Assembly: GCA_964016885.1 (NCBI GenBank) | Contig: OZ024744.1 | Span: forward strand, 108,748,001 to 108,812,000 | Direction: 5' to 3' | DNA: 64,000 bases | Source of the DNA: Eledone cirrhosa | Taxonomy: Eukaryota | Shown: in pieces, positions 9,273 through 24,700 of the stretch | Numbering within the stretch: the first letter of the stretch is position 1 | How the letters are laid out: every line of letters begins with the position of its first letter | The notes under the pieces: model-generated | Database searches by the model: none | Told to the model about the DNA's origin: nothing | Seen by the model: only the letters and a program-made list of their open reading frames with translations | Position numbers and translations under genes: made by a program

Positions 9273-10112
9273 GTGTTGATATATTTCCGTCTATTGACCA
9301 CACTCACCACCCACTCTCTACCCACTGACTCTACCCACAGACTCTCACTTCGACTTCACCTCCACCCCCACACCAAACTCTCCATACCCTACTCCCAATT
9401 TCTCCGTCTTCGTTGGCTCTGTAGCCAGGACTACGATTTCGAGACCCAGTCCCAACTCATAGCCTCCCGTGTCATCCAGCAGGGATATCCCCCACCCCCA
9501 CCCTGATCCAAGCTGCCATTACCGGCACCCGTAAAAACCGACCGTTTCACAGTCCTCTCACCCCCACCCCATTCTCCACACACTCGCCTTCCTTTCTCCT
9601 TCACCTACCACCCCATCACCCTACCCCTCCGGTGACATATCCTCCTTCGTTTCCGCACCCTCTTTTCTGACTCCTTCACTTCTTCCTGTTTTCCAAACCC
9701 TCTTATCACCGCGTTTAAGCGCGCCCGTAACCTCCGCGACCTTTTGATCAAGGTTCCTCCCCTTCCCCTTCCAAAACTCCACCCGGCTCTCGCCGCTATT
9801 CTCGTCCCCGCTGTAGCGCCTGTCCCTTCATTTATAACCTCACCACTCTCACAGGCACTAACGGTTCAATCCGTATCCGCCATTCCTTTATCTGCATATC
9901 AACCCAACCCACAAGTCTATGCCCTCTGGTGTTCCCTTAGCGGGTCTTATACATCGGACAAAGAGGCGACCTTTTGGTGAACTGTTTCGGCTGAACATTT
10001 GACATACCACTCAATATGGATATTCCCAGACCACACTTCCCTACATGGCTCAGTCCTTGATGTCCTTTTTACATCACGGATCACTGGCCTCGCGCACCAG
10101 AACCGAGCAGTC
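9273..10112 (+). mobile_element. Penelope-like element ORF remnant (RT thumb, Cys-rich linker, GIY-YIG endonuclease), probably Neptune-type
   Basis: HPHTKLSIPYSQFLRLRWLCS..QGYP; RLPFSFTYHP; AFKRARNLRDLL; PGSRRYSRPRCSACPFI..HSFICIS; LYIGQ at ~9948-9962. Stops and frameshifts present. Truncated by (TA)n. Confidence 0.9.
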
Positions 10113-10592
<480 letters not shown>

Positions 10593-10832
10593 CTAGCTCC
10601 TATTCCCGTAGTAGAGCACTTTCCGACCCTACCACGCCGTATCCAGACTTTTCCGCTAAGCTCAATTCATAGGGGGTCTTACCGGTTCCTATATATATAT
10701 ATATATATGGGTTATTACGCTAAGGCCTACCTTATTGAGTGCTTTACTGGTCATTCCTAATTGTAGGTCGTTAGCTTGCTCACAACCAGAGCTTCGATTT
10801 TACTAAGCTTCCACTTGTATATATATATATAT

Positions 10833-10887
<55 letters not shown>

Positions 10888-10928
10888 CGAAAGATAAGTC
10901 AATTACATGAACTCATAATCCTTTATTT

Positions 10929-10984
10929 ACTGCTATATATATTTCGATGATAGCCATTGAATGGCTATGACCTCATCAGGCAGT
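10929..10984 (-). ncRNA. Minimal type I hammerhead ribozyme motif (family D)
   Basis: Minus strand: actgc-CTGATGA-ggtc atagccat tca atggctat catc-GAAA-t-atat-ATA-gcagt-aAATAAA. Helix I actgc/gcagt is perfect and stem II has a perfect 8-bp segment. Confidence 0.85.
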
Positions 10985-11045
10985 TAGTCAGTTCTTAGAT
11001 ATGCCAGCTCAGTGTGTATAGTGTTGATGGTATCAGAGCCTTGGG

Positions 11046-11302
<257 letters not shown>

Positions 11303-11554
11303 CAAGTGGAAGCTTAGTAAAATCGAAGCTCTGGTTGTGGCCAATACAATTAGGAATGACCAGCAAAGCACTCAATAAGGTAGGCCTTAGAGTAATAACA
11401 TACGTTTAGAGAGCTTAACAAATTGAAAATGGCGACAGGCAGACCTAGCCGTACAATACCGAAAGCAACGAAAAAAATTAATCAGGTTAGACTAACTGAA
11501 TGAGTAATTGTGAGCAAATGGGAATATAGCTAATACTATAATCTCGTCAATATT

Positions 11555-11556
<2 letters not shown>

Positions 11557-11586
<30 letters not shown>

Positions 11587-11603
11587 TGTATATGTGTGTG
11601 TGA

Positions 11604-11681
<78 letters not shown>

Positions 11682-11693
11682 CTGTGTATGTGC

Positions 11694-11733
<40 letters not shown>
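11557..11733. repeat. (TG)n/(TA)n compound microsatellite
   Basis: Direct reading. Confidence 0.97.
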
Positions 11734-11740
11734 AATATAA

Positions 11741-11805
11741 TTGTTTCTACTTTAGGCACAAGGCCAGCAAATTATCCAGTGCATTACTGGTACTTTATTT
11801 TATCG

Positions 11806-11807
<2 letters not shown>
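11741..11807 (-). mobile_element. SINE 3' fragment
   Basis: tactggtactttattttatcga is the reverse complement of the gataaa..aagtaccagt core at ~12323-12343. The segment tctactttaggcacaaggcc resembles a recalled Octopus SINE tail. Confidence 0.55.
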
Positions 11808-11841
<34 letters not shown>

Positions 11842-11851
<10 letters not shown>

Positions 11852-12194
11852 AGATCAAAAGATGGTTAAAAGAGTTCCATGTATTTTATTATGCGCATTT
11901 CAAAAACAAATATCATCATGAGATGACATTTGCGTTTTCGTCAGATAAAATAGGGAGACATGATATGAAGGTTAAAAAACACTTGTGAATAGTGCAGTTT
12001 TAAATCAACATAAAACGCAAATGTCATCTCATGATGATATTTGTTTTTGAAATGCGCATAATAAAATACATGGAACTATTTTAACCATCTTTTGATCTTA
12101 TATATTATTTATACTCCAGTCCTACAAACTGTAGAGTGCTTCTTATCCGATATCTGCATTGCTTTATTGTACTACAATAAAACTCACCTCCTAC
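11842..12194 (+). mobile_element. Non-autonomous Penelope-like fold-back element, family A copy 2
   Basis: Homologous to 2311-2716. The left arm ends at the same gtgcagttttaaatcaacata. The right arm is more 5'-truncated (starts ~12012). The tail 12114-12194 reads identical to 2636-2716. TA-flanked. Confidence 0.85.
11884..11950 (-). ncRNA. Minimal type I hammerhead ribozyme motif (family A copy 2)
   Basis: Minus strand: ttttat-CTGACGA-aaacgcaaatgtcatctcatgatgatatttgttttt-GAAA-t-gcgc-ATA-ataaaa. Confidence 0.78.
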
Positions 12195-12212
12195 TATATA
12201 TATATATATACA

Positions 12213-12614
<402 letters not shown>

Positions 12615-12795
12615 CGTTAATTTCACGGGAAGAAATCTGTTGTATTAAAACCTGTAAAGGAGGTTCCACCAGGCTTTGAAATGCCCAAGAAACGCAGTGT
12701 ATCACTACAGCGTCCCTGGTAGTCTCTCAGGAGTTACGAGCCTTTATATATATATAGAGAGAGAGTTAAATATATCGCAGTGTAAGAAAGGGAGG

Positions 12796-15700
12796 GTACA
12801 AGCTATATAACAGTACAAGCTATACAACAGTACAAGCTATACAACAGTACAGGCTATACAACAGTACAAGCTATACAACAGTACAAGCTATACAACAGTA
12901 CAAGCTATACATCAGTACAGGCTATACAACAGTACAAGCTATACAACAGTACAAGCTATACAACAGTACAGGCTATACAACAGTACAAGGTATACAACAG
13001 TACAGGCTATACAACAGTACAAGCTATACAACAGTACAAGCTATACAACAGTACAAGCTATACAACAGTACAAGCTATACAACAGTACAAGCTATACAAC
13101 AGTACAGGCTATACAACAGTACAAGCTATACAACAGTACAATATATACAACAGTACAAGCTATAAAACAGTACAAGATATACAACAATACAGGCTATACA
13201 ACAGTACAGGCTATACAACAGTACAAGCTATACATCAGTACAGGCTATACAACAGTACAAGCCATACAACAGTACAGGCTATACAACACTACAGGCTATA
13301 CAACAGTACAAGCTATACACAATACAGGCTATACAACAGTACAAGCTATACAACAATACAAGCTATACAACAGTACAGGCTATACAACAGTACATGCTAT
13401 ACAACAATACAGGCTATACAACAGTACAGGCTATACAACAGTACAAGCTATACAACAGTACAAGCTATACAACAGTACATGCTATACAACAGTACAAGCT
13501 ATACAATAGTACAAGCTATACAACAGTACAGGCTATACAACAGTACAGGCTATACAACAGTACAAGCTATACAACAATACAGGCTATTCAACAGTACAAG
13601 CTATACAACAATACAGGCAATACAACAGTACAAGCTATACAACAGTACAAGCTATACAACAGTACATGCTATATAACAGTACAGGCTATACAACAGAACA
13701 AGCTATACAACACTACAGGCTATACAACAGTACAGGCTATACAACAGTACAGGCTATACAACAGTACAAGCTATACAACAGTACAAGCTATACAACAGTA
13801 CATGTAATACAACAATACAGGCTATACAACAGTAGAGACTATACAACAGTACAGTCTATACAACAGCACAGGCTTTACAACAGTACAGGTTATACAACAG
13901 TACAGGCTATACAACAGTACAGGCTATACAGCAGTACAGGCTATACAACAGTACAGGCTATACAACAGTACAAACTATACAAGAGTACAAGCTATACAAC
14001 AGTACAGGCTATACAACAGTACAGGCTATACAACAGTACAAGCTATACAACAGTACAAGTTATACAACAGTACAAACTATACAACAGTACAGGCTATACA
14101 ACAGTACATGCTATATAACAGTACAGGCTATACAACAGTACAAACTATACAATAGTACAAGCTATACAACAGTACAGGCTATACAACAGTACAGGCTATA
14201 CAACAGTACAAGCTATACAACAGTACAAGTTATACAACAGTACAAACTATACAACAGTACAGGCTATACAACAGTACAGGCTATACAACAGTACAAGTTA
14301 TACAACAGTACAGGCTATACAACAGTACAAGTTATACAACAGTACAAACTATACAACAGTACAGGCTATACAACAGTACAGGCTATACAACAGTACAAGG
14401 TATACAACAGTACAGACTATACAACAGTACAAGTTATACAACAGTACAAACTATACAACAGTACAGGCTATACAACAGTACAGGCTATACAACAGTACAT
14501 GCTATATAACAGTACAGGCTATACAACAGTACAGGCTATACAACAGTACAGGCTATACAACAGTACAGGCTATACAACAGTACAAGCTATACAACAGTAC
14601 AAGCTATACAACAGTACAGACTATACAACAGTACAGGCTATACAACAGTACAGGCTATACAACAGTACAAGCTATACAACATTGCAAGCTATATAACAGT
14701 ACAGGCGATACAACAGTACAAGCTATATAACAGTACAAGCTATACAACAGTACAAGCTATACAACAGTACAAGCTATACAACAGTACAAGCTATACAACA
14801 GTACAGGCTATACAACAGTACATGCTATATAACAGTACAGGCTATACAACAGTACAAACTATACAACAGTACAAGCTATACAACAGTACAAGTTATACAA
14901 CAGTACAGGCTATACAACAATACAAGTTATACAACAGTACAAGCTATACAACAGTACAAGTTATACAACAGTACAGGCTATACAACAATACAAGTTATAC
15001 AACAGTACAAGCTATACAACAGTACTGGCTATACAACAGTACAATCTATACAACAGTACAGGCTATACAAGAATACAGGCTATACAACAGTACAGGCTAT
15101 ACAACACTAGAGCTATACAACAGTACAAGATATACAACAATACAGGCTATACAACAGTACAGGCTATACAACAGTACAAGCTATACAACAGTACAGGCTA
15201 TACAACAGAACAAGCTATATAACAGTACAGGCTATACAACAGTACAGGCTATACAACAGTACAGGCTATACAACACTACAGGCTATACAACAGTACAGGC
15301 TATACAACAGTACAAGCTATACAATAGTACAAGCTATACAACAGTACAGGCTATACAACAGTACAGGCTATACAACAGTACAAGCTATACAACAGTACAA
15401 GCTATACAACAGTACATGTAATACAACAATACAGGCTATACAACAGTAGAGACTATACAACAGTACAGTCTATACAACAGCACAGGCTTTACAACAGTAC
15501 AGGTTATACAACAGTACAGGCTATACAACAGTACAGGCTATACAGCAGTACAGGCTATACAACAGTACAGGCTATACAACAGTACAAACTATACAAGAGT
15601 ACAAGCTATACAACAGTACAGGCTATACAACAGTACAGGCTATACAACAGTACATGCTATATAACAGTACAGGCTACACAACAGTACAAGCTATACAACA

Positions 15701-18700
15701 GTACAAGCTATACAACAGTACAGGCTATACAACAGTACATGCTATATAACAGTACAGGCTATACAACAGTACAAACTATACAATAGTACAAGCTATACAA
15801 CAGTACAGGCTATACAACAGTACAGGCTATACAACAGTACAAGCTATACAACAGTACAAGTTATACAACAGTACAAACTATACAACAGTACAGGCTATAC
15901 AACAGTACAGGCTATACAACAGTACAAGTTATACAACAGTACAGGCTATACAACAGTACAAGTTATACAACAGTACAAACTATACAACAGTACAGGCTAT
16001 ACAACAGTACAGGCTATACAACAGTACAAGGTATACAACAGTACAGACTATACAACAGTACAAGTTATACAACAGTACAAACTATACAACAGTACAGGCT
16101 ATACAACAGTACAGGCTATACAACAGTACATGCTATATAACAGTACAGGCTATACAACAGTACAGGCTATACAACAGTACAGGCTATACAACAGTACAGG
16201 CTATGCAACAGTACAGGCTATACAACAGTACAGGCTATACAACAGTACAAGCTATACAACAGTACAAGCTATACAACAGTACAGACTATACAACAGTACA
16301 GGCTATACAACAGTACAGGCTATACAACAGTACAAGCTATACAACAGTACAAGCTATATAACATTACAGGCGATACAACAGTACAAGCTATATAACAGTA
16401 CAAGCTATACAACAGTACAAGCTATACAACAGTACAAGCTATACAACAGTACAAGCTATACAACAGTACAGGCTATACAACAGTACATGCTATATAACAG
16501 TACAGGCTATACAACAGTACAAACTATACAACAGTACAAGCTATACAACAGTACAAGTTATACAACAGTACAGGCTATACAACAATACAAGTTATACAAC
16601 AGTACAAGCTATACAACAGTACAAGTTATACAACAGTACAGGCTATACAACAATACAAGTTATACAACAGTACAAGCTATACAACAGTACTGGCTATACA
16701 ACAGTACAATCTATACAACAGTACAGGCTATACAAGAATACAGGCTATACAACAGTACAGGCTATACAACAGTAGAGCTATACAACAGTACAAGATATAC
16801 AACAATACAGGCTATACAACAGTACAGGCTATACAACAGTACAAGCTATACAACAGTACAGGCTATACAACAGAACAAGCTATATAACAGTACAGGCTAT
16901 ACAACAGTACAGGCTATACAACAGTACAGGCTATACAACACTACAGGCTATACAACAGTACAGGCTATACAACAGTACAAGCTATACAACAGTACAGCTA
17001 TACAACAGTACAGGCTATACAACAGTACAAGCTATACAACAGTACAGGCTATACAAGAATACAGGCTATACAACAGTACAGGCTATACAACAGTAGAGTT
17101 ATACAACAGTACAAGATATACAACAATACAGGCTATACAACAGTACAGGCTATACAACAGTACAGGCTATACAACAGTACAGGCTATACAACAGTACAGG
17201 CTATACAACAGTACAAGCTATACAACAGTACAGGCTATACAAGAATACAGGCTATACAACAGTACAGGCTATACAACAGTAGAGCTATACAACAGTACAA
17301 GATATACAACAATACAGGCTATACAACAGTACAGGCTATACAACAGTACAGGCTATACAACAGTACAGGCTATACAACAGTACAAGCTATATAACAGTAC
17401 AGGCTATACAACAGTACAAGCTATACAACAGTATAGGCTATACAACAGTACAGGCTATACAACAGTACAGGCTATACAACAGTACAGGCTATATAACAGT
17501 ACAAGCTATACAACAGTACAAGCTATACAACAGTACAGGCTATACAACAGTACAGGCTATACAACAGTACAGTCTATACAACAGTACAGTCTATACAACA
17601 GTACAGGCTATACAACAGTACAAGCTATACAACAGTACAGGCTTTACAACAGTACAGTCTATACAACAGTACAGGCTATACAACAGTACAAGCTATACAA
17701 CAGTACAGGCTATACAACAGTAGAGGCTATACAACAGTACAAGCTATACAACAGTATAGGCTATATAACAGTACAGGCTATACAACAGTACAAGCTATAC
17801 AACAGTACAAGCTATACAACAGTACAGGCTATACAACAGTACAGGCTATACAACAGTACAGTCTATACAACAGTACAGTCTATACAACAGTACAGGCTAT
17901 ACAACAGTACAAGCTATACAACAGTACAGGCTTTACAACAGTACAGTCTATACAACAGTACAGGCTATACAACAGTACAAGCTATACAACAGTACAGGCT
18001 ATACAACAGTACAGGCTATACAACAGTACAAGCTATACAACAGTACAAGCTATACAACAGTACAGGCTATACAACAATACAGGCTATACAACAGTACAGA
18101 CTATATAACAGTACAGGCTATACAACAGCACTAGCTATACAACAGTACAGGCTATACAACAGTACAAGCTATACAACAGTACAAGCTATACAACAGTACA
18201 GGCTATACAACAGTACAGGCTATACAACAGTACAGGCTATACAACAGTACTAGCTATACAACAGTACAGGCTATACAACAGTACAAGCTATACAACAGTA
18301 CAAGCTATACAACAATACAGGCTATACAACAGTACAGACTATACAACAGTACAGGCTATACAACAGTACAGGCTATACAACAGTACAGGCTATACAACAG
18401 TACAGGCTATACAACAGTACAGGCTATACAACAGTACAGGCTATGCAACAGTAGACCTATACAACAGTACAGGCTATACGACAGTACAGGCTATACAATA
18501 GTACAGGCTATACAACAGTACAAGCTATACAACAGTACAAGCTATACAGCAGTACAGGCTATACAACAGTACAGTCTATACAACAGTACAGGCTATACAA
18601 CAGTACAGGCTATACAACAGTACAAGCTATACAGCAGTACATGCTATACAACAGTACAAGCTATATAACAGTACATGCTATACAACAGTACAGGCTATAC

Positions 18701-21700
18701 AACAGTGCAAGCTATACAACAGTACAAGCTATACAACAGTACAGGCTATACAACAGTACAGGCTATACAACAGTACAGGCTATACAACAGTACAGGCTAT
18801 ACAACAGTATAAAGCTATACAACAGTACAAACTATATAACAGTACAGGCTATACAACAGTACAAGCTATATAACAGTACAAGCTATACAGCAGTACATGC
18901 TATATAACAGTACAGGCTATACAACAGTACAAACTATACAACAGTACAATCTATACAACAATACAAGCTATACAACAGTACAGGCTATACAACAGTAGAG
19001 CTATACAACAGTACAAGTTATACAACAGTACAGGCTATACAACAGTACAAGTTATACAACAGTACAAACTATACAACAGTACAGGCTATACAACAGTACA
19101 GGCTACACAACAGTACAGGCTATACAACAGTACAGGCTATACAACAGTACAGGCTATACAGCAGTACAGGCTATACAACAGTACAGTCTATACAACAGTA
19201 CAGGCTATACAACAGTACAGGTTATACAACAGTACAGGCTATACAACAGTACAAGCTATACAACAGTACATGCTATACAACAATACAGGCTATACAACAG
19301 TACAGACTATACAACAGTACAGTCTATACAACAGTACAGTCTATACAACAATACAGGTTATACAACAGTACAGGCTATACAACAGTACAGGCTATACAAC
19401 AGTACAGGCTATACAACAGTAGAGCTATACAACAGTACAGGCTATACAACAGTACAGGCTATACAACAGTACAAGCTATACAACAGTACAGACTATACAA
19501 CTGTACAGGCTATACAACAGTACAAGCTATACAACAATACAGGCTATACAACAGTACAAGCTATACAACAGTACAAGCTATACAACAGTACATGCTATAT
19601 AACAGTACAGGCTATACAACAGTACAGGCTATACAACAGTACAAGCTATACAACACTACAGGCTATACAAGAGTACAGGCTATACAACAGTACAGGCTAT
19701 ACAACAGTACAGGCTATACAACAGTACAAGCTATACAGCAGTACATGCTATATAACAGTACAAGCTATACAATAGTACAAGCTATACAACAGTACAGGCT
19801 ATACAACAGTACAGGCTATACAACAGTACAAACTATACAACAGTACAGGCTATACAACAGTACAGGCTATACAACAGTACAGGCTATACAACAGTACAGG
19901 CTATACAGCAGTACAGGCTATACAACAGTACAGGTTATACAACAGTACAAACTAAACAAGAGGACAAGCTATACAACATTACAGGCTATACAACAGTACA
20001 GGCTATACAACAGTACAGGCTATACAACAGTACAGGCTATACAACAGTAGAAGCTATACAACAGTACAGGCTTTACAACAGTACAGTCTATACAACAGTA
20101 CAAGCTATACAACAGTACAGGCTATACATCAGTACAGTCTATACAACATTACAAGCTATACAACAGTACAAGCTATACAGCAATACAGGCTATACAACAG
20201 TACAGGCTATACAAGAATACAAGCTATACAACAGTACAGGCTATACAACAGTACAGGCTATACAACAGTACAGGCTATACAACAGGACAAGCTATATATC
20301 AGTACAGGCTATACAACAGTACAAGCGATACAACAGTACAGACTATACAACAGTACAGGCTATACAACAGTGCAAGCTATACAACAATACAGGCTATACA
20401 ACAGTACAAGCTATACAACAGTACAAGCTATACAACAGTATATGCTATATAACAGTACAGGCTATACAACAGTACAAGCTATACAATAGTACAAGCTATA
20501 CAACAGTACAGGCTATACAACAGTACAGGCTATACAACAATACAGGCTATACAACAGTACAAGCTATACAACAGTACAAGCTATACAACAGTACATGCTA
20601 TATAACAGTACAGGCTATACAACAGTACAGGCTATACAACAGTACAAGCTGTACAGCAGTACATGCTATATAACAGTACAAGCTATACAACAGTACAAGC
20701 TATACAACAGTACAGGCTATACAATAGTACAAGCTATACAACAGTACAGGCTATACAACAGTACAGGCTATACAACAGTACAGGCTATACAAGAGTACAA
20801 GCTATACAACAGTACATGCTATATAACAGTACAGGCTATATAACAGTAGAAACTATACAAGAGTACAGGCTATACAACAGTACAGGCTATACAACAGTAC
20901 AAGCTATACAACAGAACAAGCTATACAACAGTACAGGCTATACAACAGTACAGGCTATACAACAGTACAGGCTATACAACAGTACAGGCTATACAACAGT
21001 ACAGGCTATACAACAGTACAGGCTATACAACAGTAGAAGATATACAACAGTACAAGCTATACAACAATACAAGCTATACAAGAGTACAAGCTATATAACA
21101 GTACAAGCTATACAAGAGTACAAGCTATACAACAGTACAGGCTATACAACAGTACAGGCTATACAACAATACAGGCTATACAACAGTACAGGCTATACAA
21201 GAGTACAAGCTATACAACAGTAGAGGCTATACAACATTACAGGCTATACAACAGTACAGGTTATACAACAGTACAGGCTATACAACAGTACAAGCTATAC
21301 AACAGTACAAGCTATACAACAGTACAGGCTATACAACAGTACATGTTATACAACAGTACAGGCTATACAACAGTACAAGCTATACAACAGTACAAGCTAT
21401 ACAACAGTACAGGCTATACAACAGTACAGGCTATACAACAATACAGGCTATACAACAGTACAGGCTATACAAGAGTACAAGCTATACAACAGTACAGGCT
21501 ATACAACAGTACAGGCTATACAACAGTACAGGCTATACAACAGTACAAGATATACAACAGTACAAGCTATACAACAGTACAAGCTATACAACAGTACAAG
21601 CTATACAACAGTACAGGCTATACAACAATACAGGCTATACAGCAGTACAGGCTATACAACATTACAGGCTATACAACAATACAGGTTATACAACAGTACA

Positions 21701-24700
21701 GGCTATACAACAGTACAAGCTATACAACAGTACAAGCTATACAACAGTACAGGCTATACAACAGTACAAGCTATACAACAGTACAGGCTATACAACAATA
21801 CAGGCTATACAGCAGTACAGGCTATACAACATTACAGGCTATACAACAGTACGGTCTATACAAAAGTACAGGCTATACAACAGTACAGGCTATACAACAG
21901 TACAAGCTATACAACAGTACAAGCTATACAACACTACAAGCTATACAACAGTACATGCTATACAACAATACAGGCCATACAACAGTACAGACTATACAAC
22001 AGTACAGGCTATACAACAGTACAGGCTATACAACAGTAGAGCTATACAACAGTACAAGCTATACAACAGTACAGGCTATACAACAGTACAGGTTATACAA
22101 CAGTACAGTCTATACAACAGTACAGACTATACAACAGTACAAGCTATACAACAGTACAGGCTATACAACAGTACAAGCTATACAACAGTACAGGCTATAC
22201 AACAGTACAGGCTATACAACAGTAGAGCTATACAACAGTACAAGCTATACAACAGTACAGGTTATACAACAGTACAGTCTATACAACAGTACAGGTTATA
22301 CAACAGTACAGGTTATACAACAGTACAGGCTATACAACAGTACAGGCTATACAACAGTACAGGCTATACAACAGTAGAGCTATACAACAGTACAGGCTAT
22401 ACAACAGTACAAGCTATACAACAATACAGGCTATACAACAGTACAAGCTATACAACAGTACAAACTATACAAGAGTGCAGGCTATACAACAGTACAGGCT
22501 ATACAACAGTACAAACTATACAAGAGTGCAGGCTATACAACATTACAGGCTATACAACAGTACAGGCTATACAACAGTACAGGCTATACAACAGTACATG
22601 CTATATAACAGTACAGGCTATACAACAGTACAAACTATACAACAGTACAAGCTATACAACAGTACAAGTTATACAACAGTACAGGCTGTACAACAGTACA
22701 AGTTATACAACAGTACAGGCTATACAACAGTACAAGCTATACAACAGTACAGGCTATACAAGAAAACAGGCTATACAATAGTACAGGCTATACAACAGTA
22801 GAGCTATACAACAGTACAAGATATACAACAATACAGGCTATACAACAGTACAGGCTATACAACAGTACAGGCTATACAACAGTACAGGCTATACAACAGT
22901 ACAGGCTATACAACAGTACAAGCTATACAGCAGTATAGGCTATACAACAGTACAGGCTATACAACAGTACAGGCTGTACAACAGTACAAGCTATACAACA
23001 GTACAGGCTATACAACTGTACAAGCTATACAACAGTATAGGCTATATAACAGTACAGGCTATGCAACAGTACAAGCTATACAACAGTACAAGCTATACAA
23101 CAGTACAGGCTATACAACAGTACAGGCTATACAACAGTACAGTCTATACAACAGTACAGTCTATACAACAGTACAGGCTATACAACAGTACAAGCTATAC
23201 AACAGTACAGGCTTTACAACAGTACAGTCTATACAACAGTACAGGCTATACAACAGTACAGGCTATACAACAGTACAAGCTATACAACAGTACAAGCTAT
23301 ACAACAGTACAGGCTATACAACAATACAGGCTATACAACAGTACAGACTATACAACAGTACAGGCTATACAACAGTACAAGCTATACAACAGTACAGGCT
23401 ATACAACAGTACAGGCTATACAACAGTACAGGCTATACAAGAGTACAAGCTATACAACAGTACAGGCTATACAACAGTACAGGCTATACAACAGTACAGG
23501 CTATACAACAGTACAAGCTATACAACAGTACAGGCTATACAACAGTACAGGCTATACAACAGTACAAACTATACAACAGTACAGGCTATACAACAGTACA
23601 GACTATACAACAGTACAGACTATACAACAATACAGGCTATACAACAGTACAGACTATACAACAGTACAGGCTATACAACAGTACAGGCTATACAAGAATA
23701 CAGGCTATACAACAGTACAGGCTATACAACAGTACAGGCTATACAACAGTAGAGCTATACAACAGTACAGGCTATACAACAGTACAGGCTATACAACAGT
23801 ACAAGCTATACAACAGTACAGGCTATACAACAATACAGGCTATACAACAGTACAGGCTATACAACAGTAGAGCTATACAACAGTACAAGCTATACAACAG
23901 TACAAGCTATACAACAGTACAGGCTATACAACAGTACAAGCTATATAACAGTACAGGCTATACAACAGTACAGTCTATACAACAGTACAGGCTATACAAC
24001 AGTACAGGCTATACAACAGTACAGGCTATACAACAGTACAGGCTATACAACAATACAGGCTATACAACAGTACAAGCTATACAACAGTACAAGCTATACA
24101 ACAGTACATGCTATACAACAATGCATGCTATACAACAGTACAAAGTATACAACAGTACAGTCTATACAACAGTACAGGCTATACAACAATACAGGCTATA
24201 CAACAATACAGGCTATACAACAGTACAAACTATACAACAGTACAGGCTATACAACAGTACAGGCTATACAACAGTACAAGCTATACAACAGTACAAGCTA
24301 TACAACAGTACAGGCTATACAACAGTACAAGCTATACAATAGTACAGGCTATACAACAGTACAGGCTATACAACAGTACAGGCTATACAACAGTACAAGC
24401 TATACAACAGTACAGGCTATACAACAGTACAAGCTATACAACAGTACAAGCTATACAACAGTACAGGCTATACAACAGTACAGGCTATACAACAGTACAG
24501 TCTATACAACAGTACAGTCTATACAACAGTACAGGCTATACAACAGTACAAGCTATACAACAGTACAGGCTTTACAACAGTACAGTCTATACAACAGTAC
24601 AGGCTATACAACAGTACAGGCTATACAACAGTACAGGCTATACAACAGTAGAGCTATACAACAGTACAGGCTATACAACAGTACAGGCTATACAACAGTA

